Source: Flavobacteriales bacterium (lineage in GTDB: Bacteria; Bacteroidota; Bacteroidia; Flavobacteriales; UBA7312). Taken from it: DNA of 64,000 bases. Positions 1 through 9,547 of this stretch are shown here, in pieces (within the stretch, counting starts at the first letter, position 1; every line of letters starts with the position of its first letter). The translations under genes and the position numbers were made by a program. The DNA lies in assembly GCA_029248105.1 (NCBI GenBank), contig JAQWJZ010000011.1, forward strand, positions 3,221 to 67,220, in the 5' to 3' direction. The notes beneath the pieces are model-generated. The model was not told the DNA's origin, did not search any database, and saw nothing but the letters and a program-made list of their open reading frames with translations.

Positions 1-2
1 AA

Positions 3-278
3 CACCTAATCGATGGTAAAGCAGATGTCAAAATCATTGATATAAGAGAATCTTATGAATATGAAAACGGCTCCATTTGCGAACTCAACATTCCTCTAGC
101 ACAATTTATGAGTAGAATTAACGACATTCCTAGAGAAAAACCTGTTATAATATATTGTAATAGTGGTAAAAGAAGTCGTTCTCTAAAATATATGATTGAA
201 AAACTTCATGCTTACAACAACTTATCTCACTTAGAAGGTGGATATCAAAAGTGGGAAGAAGAAACGGCAGATCTCTAA
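3..278 (+). CDS. rhodanese-like domain protein, 5'-truncated by window edge
   Basis: Frame is open from the window edge to TAA 276-278. Translation HLIDGKADVKIIDIRE...IIYCNSGKRSRS...GGYQKW carries the rhodanese active-site loop C-x4-R. Absent from the ORF track because no start lies in the window. Confidence 0.6.
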   Translation, partial: HLIDGKADVKIIDIRESYEYENGSICELNIPLAQFMSRINDIPREKPVIIYCNSGKRSRSLKYMIEKLHAYNNLSHLEGGYQKWEEETADL

Positions 279-280
279 TT

Positions 281-1258
281 ATGAAAACATTTTTCATTAG
301 ATTTTTTAAAGGCGTTGCAATGGGTGCCGCAAACGTCATTCCTGGTGTGTCGGGTGGTACCATAGCGCTAATAACTAACATTTACGAAGAATTAATAGAC
401 TCTCTAAAGTCATTTAATTTAAATGCTTTTCAGCTCCTTGTAAAAGGTCAGTTTCAAGCCTTACACTCTCAGTTAAACTTAAATTTTCTAGTGCCCATTA
501 TACTAGGTATTGTTGTTAGCATTTTAAGTTTAGCTAAACTGTTTGATTACCTACTTATAGAATTCCCTGCACATACCTGGGCTTATTTCTTCGGTTTAGT
601 ATTAGCATCGGTTTACTATGTTGGACTAAAAGTAAAAGAATGGAATTGGAAAATCATCTTAATCCTTATACTTGGGACAATAATAGCCTTAACTATATCA
701 TTTGTATCGCCATCTCCAACTGAAGACTCCTCCTATTTTTACATTTTCATTTGTGGTTTAATTGGTATATGCGGCATGATTTTACCCGGTCTTTCTGGTT
801 CTTATATTTTGATGTTAATGGGCAATTACCACTTGCTAATGGTAAAATCTATAAATAGTATATCAGAATTTGTTCAAGCTCTAGCTAGCGGCAACCTTAC
901 CACATTCTTAACAAGTCCAAATTTCGAATTACTAATTTACTTCATCATCTTTTTGATTGGATCTGTTGTTGGTTTAATCTCATTTTCAAATATCATTTCA
1001 TGGGTATTTAACAAATACCACGATGCAACACTAGCTCTGCTTACAGGCTTTGTCTTTGGATCATTAAGTATTATATGGCCATGGAAAAAGGAAATCTTTA
1101 GTAATGAGGTAATTGACAGACATGGCGAGCCATTACTGTTGGGTTACGAACGCTATCTTCCTAGCGTATGGGGGCTAAATGAAATATTCGTTCTCGTATT
1201 TATGCTTATCGGTGTACTTTCAATTATAGTCGTAGAATATTTAGCCAAACAAGAGTAA
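281..1258 (+). CDS. DUF368 family multi-pass membrane protein
   Basis: Hydrophobic throughout, with duplicated VIPGVSGGT / ILPGLSGS motifs typical of DUF368. ATG 281 is preferred over the track GTG 251, which overlaps the rhodanese ORF. Confidence 0.75.
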   Translation: MKTFFIRFFKGVAMGAANVIPGVSGGTIALITNIYEELIDSLKSFNLNAFQLLVKGQFQALHSQLNLNFLVPIILGIVVSILSLAKLFDYLLIEFPAHTWAYFFGLVLASVYYVGLKVKEWNWKIILILILGTIIALTISFVSPSPTEDSSYFYIFICGLIGICGMILPGLSGSYILMLMGNYHLLMVKSINSISEFVQALASGNLTTFLTSPNFELLIYFIIFLIGSVVGLISFSNIISWVFNKYHDATLALLTGFVFGSLSIIWPWKKEIFSNEVIDRHGEPLLLGYERYLPSVWGLNEIFVLVFMLIGVLSIIVVEYLAKQE

Positions 1259-1993
1259 ATGATTTCGTTTGGACTTATCGGCTATCCTCTTGGACATTCT
1301 TTTTCAAAAATATATTTTGAGAAAAAATTCAAACTAGAGAACATTAAAAACACAGAGTATTTAAACCTTGAAAACTCAAGTTTAGAAGAATTATTCAGCT
1401 CAAAAAAACTATTAACTTTAAAAGGGTTTAATGTCACCATCCCACACAAAGAAGCTATTATCCCTTACCTAGATGAATTAAGCAAAGAAGCTAAAGCTAT
1501 TGGAGCAGTTAATTGTGTTAAAAGGAAAGGACAAAAGTTTATTGGCTACAATACCGACTACATAGGGTTTCTTAACTCTTTTAAAAAGGTAAAGAAAAGT
1601 TATCATAAAAAAGCATTAATACTTGGCAACGGTGGAGCAACAAAAGCTATTATTTACGCTCTTAATGTTTTAGAATTAGACTATCAAATTGTATCGAGAG
1701 GCTCATCTTTTGATTACACTGATATAGATAAAAAATGTCTTGAAGAGTATCAAATTATTATCAACTGCACTCCTCTAGGAACACATCCTGATACGGATAA
1801 ATATCCATTAATACCCTACCAATTTTTAACCGATAAACATTTTCTTTATGATTTAGTTTATAATCCTTTAGAAAGTCGATTTTTATCTTTTGGTAAAGAA
1901 AAAAAGTGTACCATAAAAAATGGTAAAGAAATGCTAGAAATACAAGCTGATGAATCATGGTTTATATGGAATCGTAAAAATTACACTTATTAA
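1259..1993 (+). CDS. aroE: shikimate dehydrogenase
   Basis: GYPLGHSFS, NVTIPHKE, GAVNCV and GNGGATKA (NADP-binding) motifs. The start abuts the previous stop (TAAATG). Confidence 0.85.
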   Translation: MISFGLIGYPLGHSFSKIYFEKKFKLENIKNTEYLNLENSSLEELFSSKKLLTLKGFNVTIPHKEAIIPYLDELSKEAKAIGAVNCVKRKGQKFIGYNTDYIGFLNSFKKVKKSYHKKALILGNGGATKAIIYALNVLELDYQIVSRGSSFDYTDIDKKCLEEYQIIINCTPLGTHPDTDKYPLIPYQFLTDKHFLYDLVYNPLESRFLSFGKEKKCTIKNGKEMLEIQADESWFIWNRKNYTY

Positions 1994-2035
1994 AGTTTTT
2001 AAGTTAAATTTGCAGAAATCTAATCTAACAATAAG

Positions 2036-3817
2036 ATGGTAGAAGAATCAAAAGAGGTTGAAACAGAACTTGTTAATGAAGAAATAACAGAAGAAACCCC
2101 TACTCAAGAAGTTGATTACAATACATTTACTGCTGAAGAATTACATCAGCAAGTTTCAGAATTAATTAAAATTGATAATATTTATTCTGTAGCCAAAAGT
2201 GTTGATGCTATAAAAGCTGTTTTCTACAAAAAGATAAACACAGAAAAAGAACTTCATAAAGAAGAATATTTAAAAAATGAAGGTGTTGAAGAAGAATATA
2301 AATTCATTCATCCATTAGAAAAAGATTTTAAAAAAATATTTGGAGAATTCCGCAAGAAAAAAGCAGAATACAGAGAAAACTTAGAATTAGATTTTGCCAA
2401 AAATCTCAAGATAAAATCTCAAATCATCAAAGATATTGAGAGCATAATAAAGGATGAAGAAACCATTAAAGAAACTTTTGAAAGGTTTAGAGCCTTACAA
2501 GATAAATGGCGTTCTACTGGAGAAGTAGGTATTGGCTATCGAAATGACATCTGGAAATCATACCATCATCAGGTTGAAAAATTCTATGATTTTATAAAAA
2601 TCAATAACGAATTAAGGGACTTGGATTTTGATAGAAATCTAAAACAAAAAGTTTCAATGTGCGAAGAAGCAGAAGCCTTAATAAGTGAAAAGTCCATTAA
2701 TAAGGTTCATTCAGATTTACAAAACCTGCACGAAAAATGGAAAGAAGTAGGCCCTGTAAAAAGAGAACTAAGAGAAGAAGTATGGGAACGCTTTAAGACA
2801 GCAACACACAAACTCCATAAGAAAAGAAACGAGCATTTTCTGGAGCTCAAAGAAAAAGGGAAACAAGCCTTTGAGAATAAATCCAAAATTTGTGAAAAGA
2901 TTGCCGCCCTTTCAGACAAAGAGGTTAAATCACACAACGAATGGAATAACTTGACAACTCAAGCTCAAGAGTTAGAGGCTGAATGGAAGAAACAAGCACC
3001 AATGAGCAAAGAAGATAATAAGGCTGCTTGGAAACTTCTTAGAGAAACACTTTCTAACTTTTACGCTAAGAAAAATGACTTTTACAAAGGAAAAAAAGAA
3101 GAAAACAAACATATCTTACACCAAAAAATAAGCTTGTGTGAGAAGGCTGAAGAATTGGTTAATTCTGATGCTAACTGGAAGTTAAAATCTGAAAAGGCTA
3201 TCAAGCTACAAGAAGATTGGAAAAAAAGCGGTTATTTACCCAAATCACAATCCGATAAAATCTGGAAAAGATTTAGAACAGCCCTTGACAACTTTTATAA
3301 CAGTAAAAAAAGTTTCTTCAAAGAACTAGATAAAGAAAAAGCCGATAATCTAAATAAGAAAAAAGACTACTTGAAAAAAGTAAGTGACTTCAAACTTTCT
3401 GAGGATAAGAAAGAAAACTTGAACACTCTAGATAATTTTCAAAAAGAATGGCGAAACTTAGGTGATGTTCCTAGGGATAAAACCAAGATTGAAGATGAAT
3501 TTAGAAAATCCATTGACAGCTTGTACAAGCAAATGAAAGTGGATAAAAAAGAGTTGAATGACATTAAGTTCAACAACAAATTGCAAAACTTAAAATCAAA
3601 GTCTGATCCATTTGCAATTGACAAAGAAAAGCAGTTTGTCAGAAACAAAATCAATGACCTTCAAAAGGAAGTCAATCAATACGAAACCAATATCTCTTTC
3701 TTTGGCGCTTCAAAAGGTGCAGACAAACTCAAGTCTCAAATAGAAAAGAAAATAGAGAATGGAAAAGCTGAAATAGATTCATTAAAAGATAAATTGAAAC
3801 AGCTTAACACCCTTTAA
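2036..3817 (+). CDS. DUF349 domain-containing protein
   Basis: Lys/Glu-rich helical protein with a recurring ~75-aa repeat carrying W(K/R)..G motifs (KWRSTGEV, KWKEVGPV, EWKKQAP, DWKKSGYL, EWRNLGDV). Confidence 0.75.
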   Translation: MVEESKEVETELVNEEITEETPTQEVDYNTFTAEELHQQVSELIKIDNIYSVAKSVDAIKAVFYKKINTEKELHKEEYLKNEGVEEEYKFIHPLEKDFKKIFGEFRKKKAEYRENLELDFAKNLKIKSQIIKDIESIIKDEETIKETFERFRALQDKWRSTGEVGIGYRNDIWKSYHHQVEKFYDFIKINNELRDLDFDRNLKQKVSMCEEAEALISEKSINKVHSDLQNLHEKWKEVGPVKRELREEVWERFKTATHKLHKKRNEHFLELKEKGKQAFENKSKICEKIAALSDKEVKSHNEWNNLTTQAQELEAEWKKQAPMSKEDNKAAWKLLRETLSNFYAKKNDFYKGKKEENKHILHQKISLCEKAEELVNSDANWKLKSEKAIKLQEDWKKSGYLPKSQSDKIWKRFRTALDNFYNSKKSFFKELDKEKADNLNKKKDYLKKVSDFKLSEDKKENLNTLDNFQKEWRNLGDVPRDKTKIEDEFRKSIDSLYKQMKVDKKELNDIKFNNKLQNLKSKSDPFAIDKEKQFVRNKINDLQKEVNQYETNISFFGASKGADKLKSQIEKKIENGKAEIDSLKDKLKQLNTL

Positions 3818-5806
3818 ATGGGATTCAGAATAGTATCGGATTTTAAGCCTACAGGAGATCAACCATCTGCCATAAAACAACTCGTTGAGGGTATTGACAA
3901 CAACGAAAGTCATCAAACACTTTTAGGGGTTACCGGTTCTGGTAAAACGTTTACTGTTGCCAACGTTATAAAAGAGGTTCAAAAGCCAACTCTAATACTC
4001 AGTCATAATAAAACCCTTGCCGCTCAATTGTATAGTGAGTTCAAACAGTTTTTTCCACACAATGCAGTCGAATATTTTGTATCCTACTACGACTATTACC
4101 AACCAGAGGCATATATTCCTAGTAGCGGAACGTATATTGAAAAAGATTTATCAATAAATCAAGAAATTGAAAAATTACGATTAAGCACTACCTCTACCCT
4201 TTTATCTGGAAGAAAAGACATCATAGTGGTAGCCTCTGTTTCTTGCATTTATGGCATCGGAAACCCTGAAGAATTTAACAACAACGTTATTGAAATTGAG
4301 GCTGGACAAAAAATAAGTAGAAATAAGCTACTCAATCAATTGGTAACTTCTTTATACTCTCGATCGGACATACAATTTGAAAGGGGCAATTTTAAGGTCA
4401 AGGGAGATACGGTTTCTGTTTTTCCTGCATATGCTGATATAGCTTATAAAATTCATTTTTGGGGCGATGAGATTGAAGAAATAGAAAGTTTTGATCCTGT
4501 AAATAATTTGGTAATTGAGAAATTCAAGTACCTACGTATTTTTCCAGCTACCATATTTGTTGCCTCTAAAGACCGAATTCAAAGTGCTATACATCAGATT
4601 CAAGATGATTTGATGGATCAAGTGCAATTCTTACATAATACTGATAGAAAATTAGAAGCCAAGCGTTTGGATGAAAGAGTCAATTACGACCTAGAGATGA
4701 TTCGAGAACTCGGCTATTGTTCAGGTATAGAAAACTATTCTCGTTACTTTGATGGGCGAATGCCAGGAACACGTCCTTTCTGTCTGATAGACTATTTTCC
4801 TAATGATTTCTTAACCGTAATTGATGAAAGTCACGTGACTTTACCTCAGATAAGAGCCATGTTTGGTGGCGACCGTTCTCGTAAAGAAAACCTAGTAGAT
4901 TACGGCTTTCGTTTGCCTGCCGCTATGGACAATCGACTTTTGAAGTTTGAGGAATTTGAAACTATCAATAATCAGTTCATTTATGTCAGCGCTACCCCTG
5001 CCGACTATGAATTAGAGCAATCAGGAGGAGTAGTAGCAGAGCAAGTCATTAGACCAACGGGATTATTAGACCCAAAGATAGATGTTAGACCATCACTCAA
5101 TCAGATAGATGATTTACTAGAAGAAATAAAATTGAGAGTAGATAAAGATGAACGAACTCTTGTTACTACCCTTACTAAGCGAATGGCAGAAGAATTGACT
5201 AAATACCTCACACGCTTTGAAATACGTTGCCGATACATACACTCCGATGTAGATACTCTTGAACGTGTCGAAATATTACACGAATTGAGAGAAGGGCTTT
5301 TTGATGTATTGGTGGGTGTCAATTTATTAAGAGAAGGCTTGGACTTACCGGAAGTTAGCTTAGTAGCCATTTTAGATGCCGATAAAGAAGGCTTTTTACG
5401 TTCTGAACGTTCTCTTACTCAAACAGCCGGAAGAGCCGCCAGGAATGTCAATGGATTAGTAATTATGTATGCCGATAAGGTTACTCGCTCTATGAAGCTT
5501 ACCATAGATGAAACAAATAGACGTAGAGAAAAACAAATCGCCTACAATACTGAAAACGGACTAGTTCCTACTCCATTAAAGAAGAAAAAGGACAATGAAT
5601 TAGCCAAAAAACTAAACCCTTACGCTATAAAAGAAGGTATGAGTATGGCTGCTGAAAGCCAAGAAGATTATTCTAATCCTAAGACTTTAGAAAAAGCCAT
5701 AAAGAACACTAAAAAGCAAATGGAAAATGCAGCTCAAGACTTAGATTTTATTGAAGCAGTAAAACTTCGAGATAAACTCACTGAACTGAAGAAGTTGAGA
5801 AAATAA
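3818..5806 (+). CDS. uvrB: excinuclease ABC subunit B
   Basis: Walker A GVTGSGKT, DESH box, YYDYYQPEAY beta-hairpin region and a C-terminal UVR domain. The start abuts the DUF349 stop (TAAATG). Confidence 0.97.
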   Translation: MGFRIVSDFKPTGDQPSAIKQLVEGIDNNESHQTLLGVTGSGKTFTVANVIKEVQKPTLILSHNKTLAAQLYSEFKQFFPHNAVEYFVSYYDYYQPEAYIPSSGTYIEKDLSINQEIEKLRLSTTSTLLSGRKDIIVVASVSCIYGIGNPEEFNNNVIEIEAGQKISRNKLLNQLVTSLYSRSDIQFERGNFKVKGDTVSVFPAYADIAYKIHFWGDEIEEIESFDPVNNLVIEKFKYLRIFPATIFVASKDRIQSAIHQIQDDLMDQVQFLHNTDRKLEAKRLDERVNYDLEMIRELGYCSGIENYSRYFDGRMPGTRPFCLIDYFPNDFLTVIDESHVTLPQIRAMFGGDRSRKENLVDYGFRLPAAMDNRLLKFEEFETINNQFIYVSATPADYELEQSGGVVAEQVIRPTGLLDPKIDVRPSLNQIDDLLEEIKLRVDKDERTLVTTLTKRMAEELTKYLTRFEIRCRYIHSDVDTLERVEILHELREGLFDVLVGVNLLREGLDLPEVSLVAILDADKEGFLRSERSLTQTAGRAARNVNGLVIMYADKVTRSMKLTIDETNRRREKQIAYNTENGLVPTPLKKKKDNELAKKLNPYAIKEGMSMAAESQEDYSNPKTLEKAIKNTKKQMENAAQDLDFIEAVKLRDKLTELKKLRK

Positions 5807-5808
5807 AT

Positions 5809-6213
5809 TTACTCATACCCCCAACGGTGTACATCATTGTTAGCTTCTTCGATATCGTCTTTAACCGTTTTTATACGTTGAGCAAGAACACCAAAGAGTT
5901 TATCGTTAAGCATGAGCCATCGCATCTGCTCTTTATCGTTATCAGCAGCCTTAGCTACTTTAGCTAATAAATGAAAGCCATTGAGCTCTAACCAACGAAG
6001 AGCATCTTTCTTGCCCTCTACTCCTTTTATCATAGCCAATAAGTGAGGTGCATTCTTCATGAGCCAATCCGTAGCACTTTTGTCGAAGTAAAGGGCATGG
6101 CAAAACAAACCCAATTCAGGGTAATTATTTTTCATTAACCAATCTCTAATTTCAGTATTTCCAGAGATAGCCTCACCCCATGCTACAACTATTTTTTCGG
6201 AATATTTATTCAT
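5809..6213 (-). CDS. hypothetical protein with four tandem WL(M/E)xN helical repeats
   Basis: 134-aa ORF. Internal repeats: RDWLMKNNYPELGLF, TDWLMKNAPHLLAMI, LRWLELNGFHLLAKV, MRWLMLNDKLFGVLA. Family not recognised. Confidence 0.5.
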   Translation of the reverse strand: MNKYSEKIVVAWGEAISGNTEIRDWLMKNNYPELGLFCHALYFDKSATDWLMKNAPHLLAMIKGVEGKKDALRWLELNGFHLLAKVAKAADNDKEQMRWLMLNDKLFGVLAQRIKTVKDDIEEANNDVHRWGYE

Positions 6214-6243
6214 AAAAAAAAGCCTCTAAAAAGAGGCTTTAAA
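6214..6243 (-). terminator. intrinsic terminator after the 6256-6627 gene
   Basis: Stem AGCCTCT (6221-6227) pairs with AGAGGCT (6232-6238) around a 4-nt loop. On the minus strand it is followed by a T8 run. Confidence 0.75.
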
Positions 6244-6255
6244 TGATTATGGTTT

Positions 6256-6627
6256 TTAAGGCTTTTTAGCGACAAACTTATTTTTGAGAAAATAACGTCT
6301 ATTTTCAACGCTAACTAATTCCCATCCTCTTTGCCCTAATTTATTTAGTGCATCGATAACAGTCTTAACATTTTTAAAACTATTTTGGTATTTATCAGAA
6401 ATTCTCCTGTCTAATGACTCGAACTTAAATTGCAAAACCGTAGGCTCTTTTTTGGACTTTACTTCTACTACTTCCATTATCATATAAGAATAAACTGTTG
6501 GTTTTTCTTGTCTTATGTTATCTTTTGTAGCAGGTTTCCTATCAACCGCTTTTTTTGGAGCAGGTCTAGTTTGCGCCATTAGGGCTACAGGCAATACAAA
6601 ACTCATTAAAATTAATATCTTTCTCAT
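6256..6627 (-). CDS. small secreted hypothetical protein (DUF4177-like C-terminus)
   Basis: N-terminal signal peptide MRKILILMSFVLPVALMAQ. C-terminal KLGQRGWELVSV resembles DUF4177. Last gene of the fabG-VWA-SPFH unit. Confidence 0.5.
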   Translation of the reverse strand: MRKILILMSFVLPVALMAQTRPAPKKAVDRKPATKDNIRQEKPTVYSYMIMEVVEVKSKKEPTVLQFKFESLDRRISDKYQNSFKNVKTVIDALNKLGQRGWELVSVENRRYFLKNKFVAKKP

Positions 6628-6654
6628 TATTCTATAGGTTAAATTAGCACTCTA

Positions 6655-7500
6655 TTATTTGTCACCACCAAGTATGATTGGTAGGTCACCATCACCATTT
6701 CCAATAACAATTACTTTACTGTTAGGCGATTTTGACAACTCTTGAGTCGTTTCAATACCTTTCCATTTAAGTAGTTGAGGCGTAATCGTTTTGGTTACGA
6801 TACGCTGGAAATCTGAAATACCTTCAGCTTCGATACGTTTTCTTTCTGCCTCTTTGGATTCTTTCAATAGTTTGAACTCATACTCTAAGGCTTCTTGCTC
6901 TTGTCTTAACTTATTCTCAATAGCTGCTTGAAGGGTCTTAGGTAAAGTTACATCTCGAATAAGTATAGCATCTAAAAAGACATATTTATCTGCAACAGAT
7001 TTAGACGTAATCTCAAAAATCTTGTCTTCCACTTCTTCTCTTTTAGTAGAATACAATTCTTCTGGCAAATACTCACCAATAACCTCTCTGGTGACAGAAC
7101 GGATTTCTGGTCGAATAATACTTTCTAAGTAATCTTCACCAACTAAGTCGTGTAAGTATCCTAGCTCAGCAGTATTAGGCGTAAATCGGAAAGATAAATC
7201 TACCTTTATAGAAAGACCATTTTTCGATAGTACTTCCATAGCTTCATAATCCTCTTGAATTTTAACATTGTAGATGTAAACCTTATTCCAAGGTGCTATA
7301 AAATGAAAACCTTGAGGGACAACTAAATCTTTATCTAGACCGCCTCCAAAACGCTTAAATATTACCGCTTTTTCACCTGGGTTAACAGTGTAAAACATAT
7401 TTCCACCAGTTATCAAAAGGAAGATTATTGCTGCAAAACCTAGCACAAAAAATCTAGGAAGTTTAGGGTTAAATCCACCCGAATCGTTGTTTTCAAACAT
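6655..7500 (-). CDS. SPFH/prohibitin-family (band 7) membrane protein
   Basis: N-terminal TM helix, then an SPFH core (PGEKAVIFKRFGG...VLSKNGLSIKVDLSFRF) and a coiled-coil EQEALEYEFKL...AERKRIEAEGI. Confidence 0.85.
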   Translation of the reverse strand: MFENNDSGGFNPKLPRFFVLGFAAIIFLLITGGNMFYTVNPGEKAVIFKRFGGGLDKDLVVPQGFHFIAPWNKVYIYNVKIQEDYEAMEVLSKNGLSIKVDLSFRFTPNTAELGYLHDLVGEDYLESIIRPEIRSVTREVIGEYLPEELYSTKREEVEDKIFEITSKSVADKYVFLDAILIRDVTLPKTLQAAIENKLRQEQEALEYEFKLLKESKEAERKRIEAEGISDFQRIVTKTITPQLLKWKGIETTQELSKSPNSKVIVIGNGDGDLPIILGGDK

Positions 7501-7519
7501 TTTGTTTTATTTTGAATTG

Positions 7520-9547
7520 TTAAATATTAGTGTTTCTTTTTCTTATGAACCACTCTAGTGCCAAAAATACAAATAATAAAGTGAAAATCCATTTCAAGTT
7601 AATGAAATCACTTTGTGATTCTTCTTTATAACTTATACTTAGAGATTCTATTGTGGATAGTTCACTTTTTAAATCAGAAAATTGAGATTTATTATAAGAT
7701 TTGCCACTATATTTTTGTGACAAAGCAAAAAGGAATTGAGGTTTTGCCTGAGTATGAATTTTTTCCAATTCCAAAGGAAGAATAGAAAATTTACCCTTAT
7801 TGATTAGTTCCTTACCGTTAAATATAACCTTAGCTTGATAATTATAATTCCCTACATTTAACTGATTCAATTCAAGAGAATAATTAATAGCTGTTTTATT
7901 GAACGAATAATTATACTCATTTCCTTTTTCATCGCTTATTAAGATGCTGACTTCTGCACTATTAACCAACTCATAATTGGCATCATATAAATCTGCTTCA
8001 ATTAATAAGATTTCATTCTCATAAACAAGCTTATCATGACGCAACCTAAAAGGACGTTTATCTTCTTTAACTGATAAGAACTGAATACTCTTGTTAATTA
8101 GTTCATCAAAGAGCTTATGATCATCTGTTTTGAGATACTCGTACATTCGCCATTTCCATAAACCTTCAGTAGCACAAATTGCCTGTCTGTATCCGTTCTG
8201 TTTACTGAAAGAAAGAATAGGATTAGAGGTCTCAATTCCCAATACATTTTGAGTAAAAAGATGATGATGTTCTGAATTAAAGGTGTATTCAGCTAATGGA
8301 CTATATAATGGTGGCAATTCTTCTATCCATAAATTCCATTTTTGGCTTAATGAGAATAAAGAAAAAGAATTGAAATCTGGGCTTACCTCATTAAGTGATG
8401 ATTTCAAAGGTTTGAATGTAAACCAATCCAATGATAAGGATTGACTTGAGTTACCTATGAAGTAAAAGGTAGGTATATTAGCATCTATCACATTAAGCTG
8501 AAAAGCAATAAGCAAACTGTAAGGGCTATAATCGCCGTCAAACTCATCTGTATTTTGTACAATTATCTCGTAATTTTCATTACTTTGAATAGCTTTACTT
8601 AGGGCAGAAATATCAGGATGAGAAATGTCAGAAAGTAGAAGTATCTTCTGCTTACTTTCCAATACATCAATGAAAATATTTTGTGTATTGTTGGAGGTAT
8701 TTTGTTCCCCTTTAATCTGCTTTACTTCAAGCCTGTAATTATGCACACCTACACTTTGAGCATTGAGTCTAAAATCAAAGGAATGAACTTCATCATCAAG
8801 ATTGACAACGGTTGTTTTTTTATCTAGCAAAACATCTCCCTCATAAACACTTAACTCAAGAGTTTCACCTTTAGAAAATTGAGTCAATACAGTAGCTTCT
8901 ATTGGAAAAGAATTACCCAAATAAGCAATTTCATTATACGAGACTGCTGTAAGTTCTATATCTTTCTGTGCTAGAGTATCACCTAAGCATAAAGTGTATA
9001 GCGGTGCATTAAAAAGGTAAATAGCATATAAAGGATTAGAGCCTGAATTGTATATACCATCAGACGCAATAACATTAGCCACAACATTGCGATTAGAATA
9101 CACATCTGATATTTCGTTTATGTAGTCGGATAAATTCGTTTTTCTATCCTTAAAATCAAAAATAGGGTTTCTTTCAACTTTCTCACCAAAAGCATATAAT
9201 TCTATTTGAAAATCTTCCTCAAATTCGGCTTTCAAACTATTCAGTTCATTTACAAATTCATTTTTGTAATAAGCACTATCGGCATGAGCAACGAGTGATG
9301 ATGAATTATCAACACCAAAAAGAATTATAGGCTGTTCTTTGTGAGTAATAAATTGGTTAATGTAAGGCTTGAGCAGTAAAAAGGTCAATAAAAAAAGAGT
9401 TGCAAAACGAAGTGCAAACAACAGTCTTCTCAAATATAATTTAGATTTGAATACGCCCTTTTTATACAGAACATAAGACATAGCGTAGGAAAGAGCGATA
9501 CAGCCCACAATCCATAGCATTGACCATTCTGTAGTAATGTAACTCAT
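7520..9547 (-). CDS. VWA-like membrane protein with N-terminal double-TM anchor (BatA-N/TIGR02226-like)
   Basis: Two N-terminal TM helices, a MIDAS-like GVDNSSS motif and a C-terminal TM helix. ATG 9547 is preferred because it forms TAATG with the fabG stop. Confidence 0.6.
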   Translation of the reverse strand: MSYITTEWSMLWIVGCIALSYAMSYVLYKKGVFKSKLYLRRLLFALRFATLFLLTFLLLKPYINQFITHKEQPIILFGVDNSSSLVAHADSAYYKNEFVNELNSLKAEFEEDFQIELYAFGEKVERNPIFDFKDRKTNLSDYINEISDVYSNRNVVANVIASDGIYNSGSNPLYAIYLFNAPLYTLCLGDTLAQKDIELTAVSYNEIAYLGNSFPIEATVLTQFSKGETLELSVYEGDVLLDKKTTVVNLDDEVHSFDFRLNAQSVGVHNYRLEVKQIKGEQNTSNNTQNIFIDVLESKQKILLLSDISHPDISALSKAIQSNENYEIIVQNTDEFDGDYSPYSLLIAFQLNVIDANIPTFYFIGNSSQSLSLDWFTFKPLKSSLNEVSPDFNSFSLFSLSQKWNLWIEELPPLYSPLAEYTFNSEHHHLFTQNVLGIETSNPILSFSKQNGYRQAICATEGLWKWRMYEYLKTDDHKLFDELINKSIQFLSVKEDKRPFRLRHDKLVYENEILLIEADLYDANYELVNSAEVSILISDEKGNEYNYSFNKTAINYSLELNQLNVGNYNYQAKVIFNGKELINKGKFSILPLELEKIHTQAKPQFLFALSQKYSGKSYNKSQFSDLKSELSTIESLSISYKEESQSDFINLKWIFTLLFVFLALEWFIRKRNTNI

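Noticed and set aside
145-381. Numerous 60-99-aa ORFs on the strand opposite to long conserved genes. Examples: 145-381, 2707-2937, 5101-5370, 9878-10081, 14027-14296, 18663-18956, 34741-35016, 36529-36795, 38517-38816, 47394-47642, 58070-58312.
   Set aside because: Each lies wholly inside a confidently recognised gene on the other strand. Their compositions are low-complexity (Ser/Leu/Phe/Ile-rich), and they have no promoter box or recognisable motif. They are typical shadow ORFs of AT-rich DNA.
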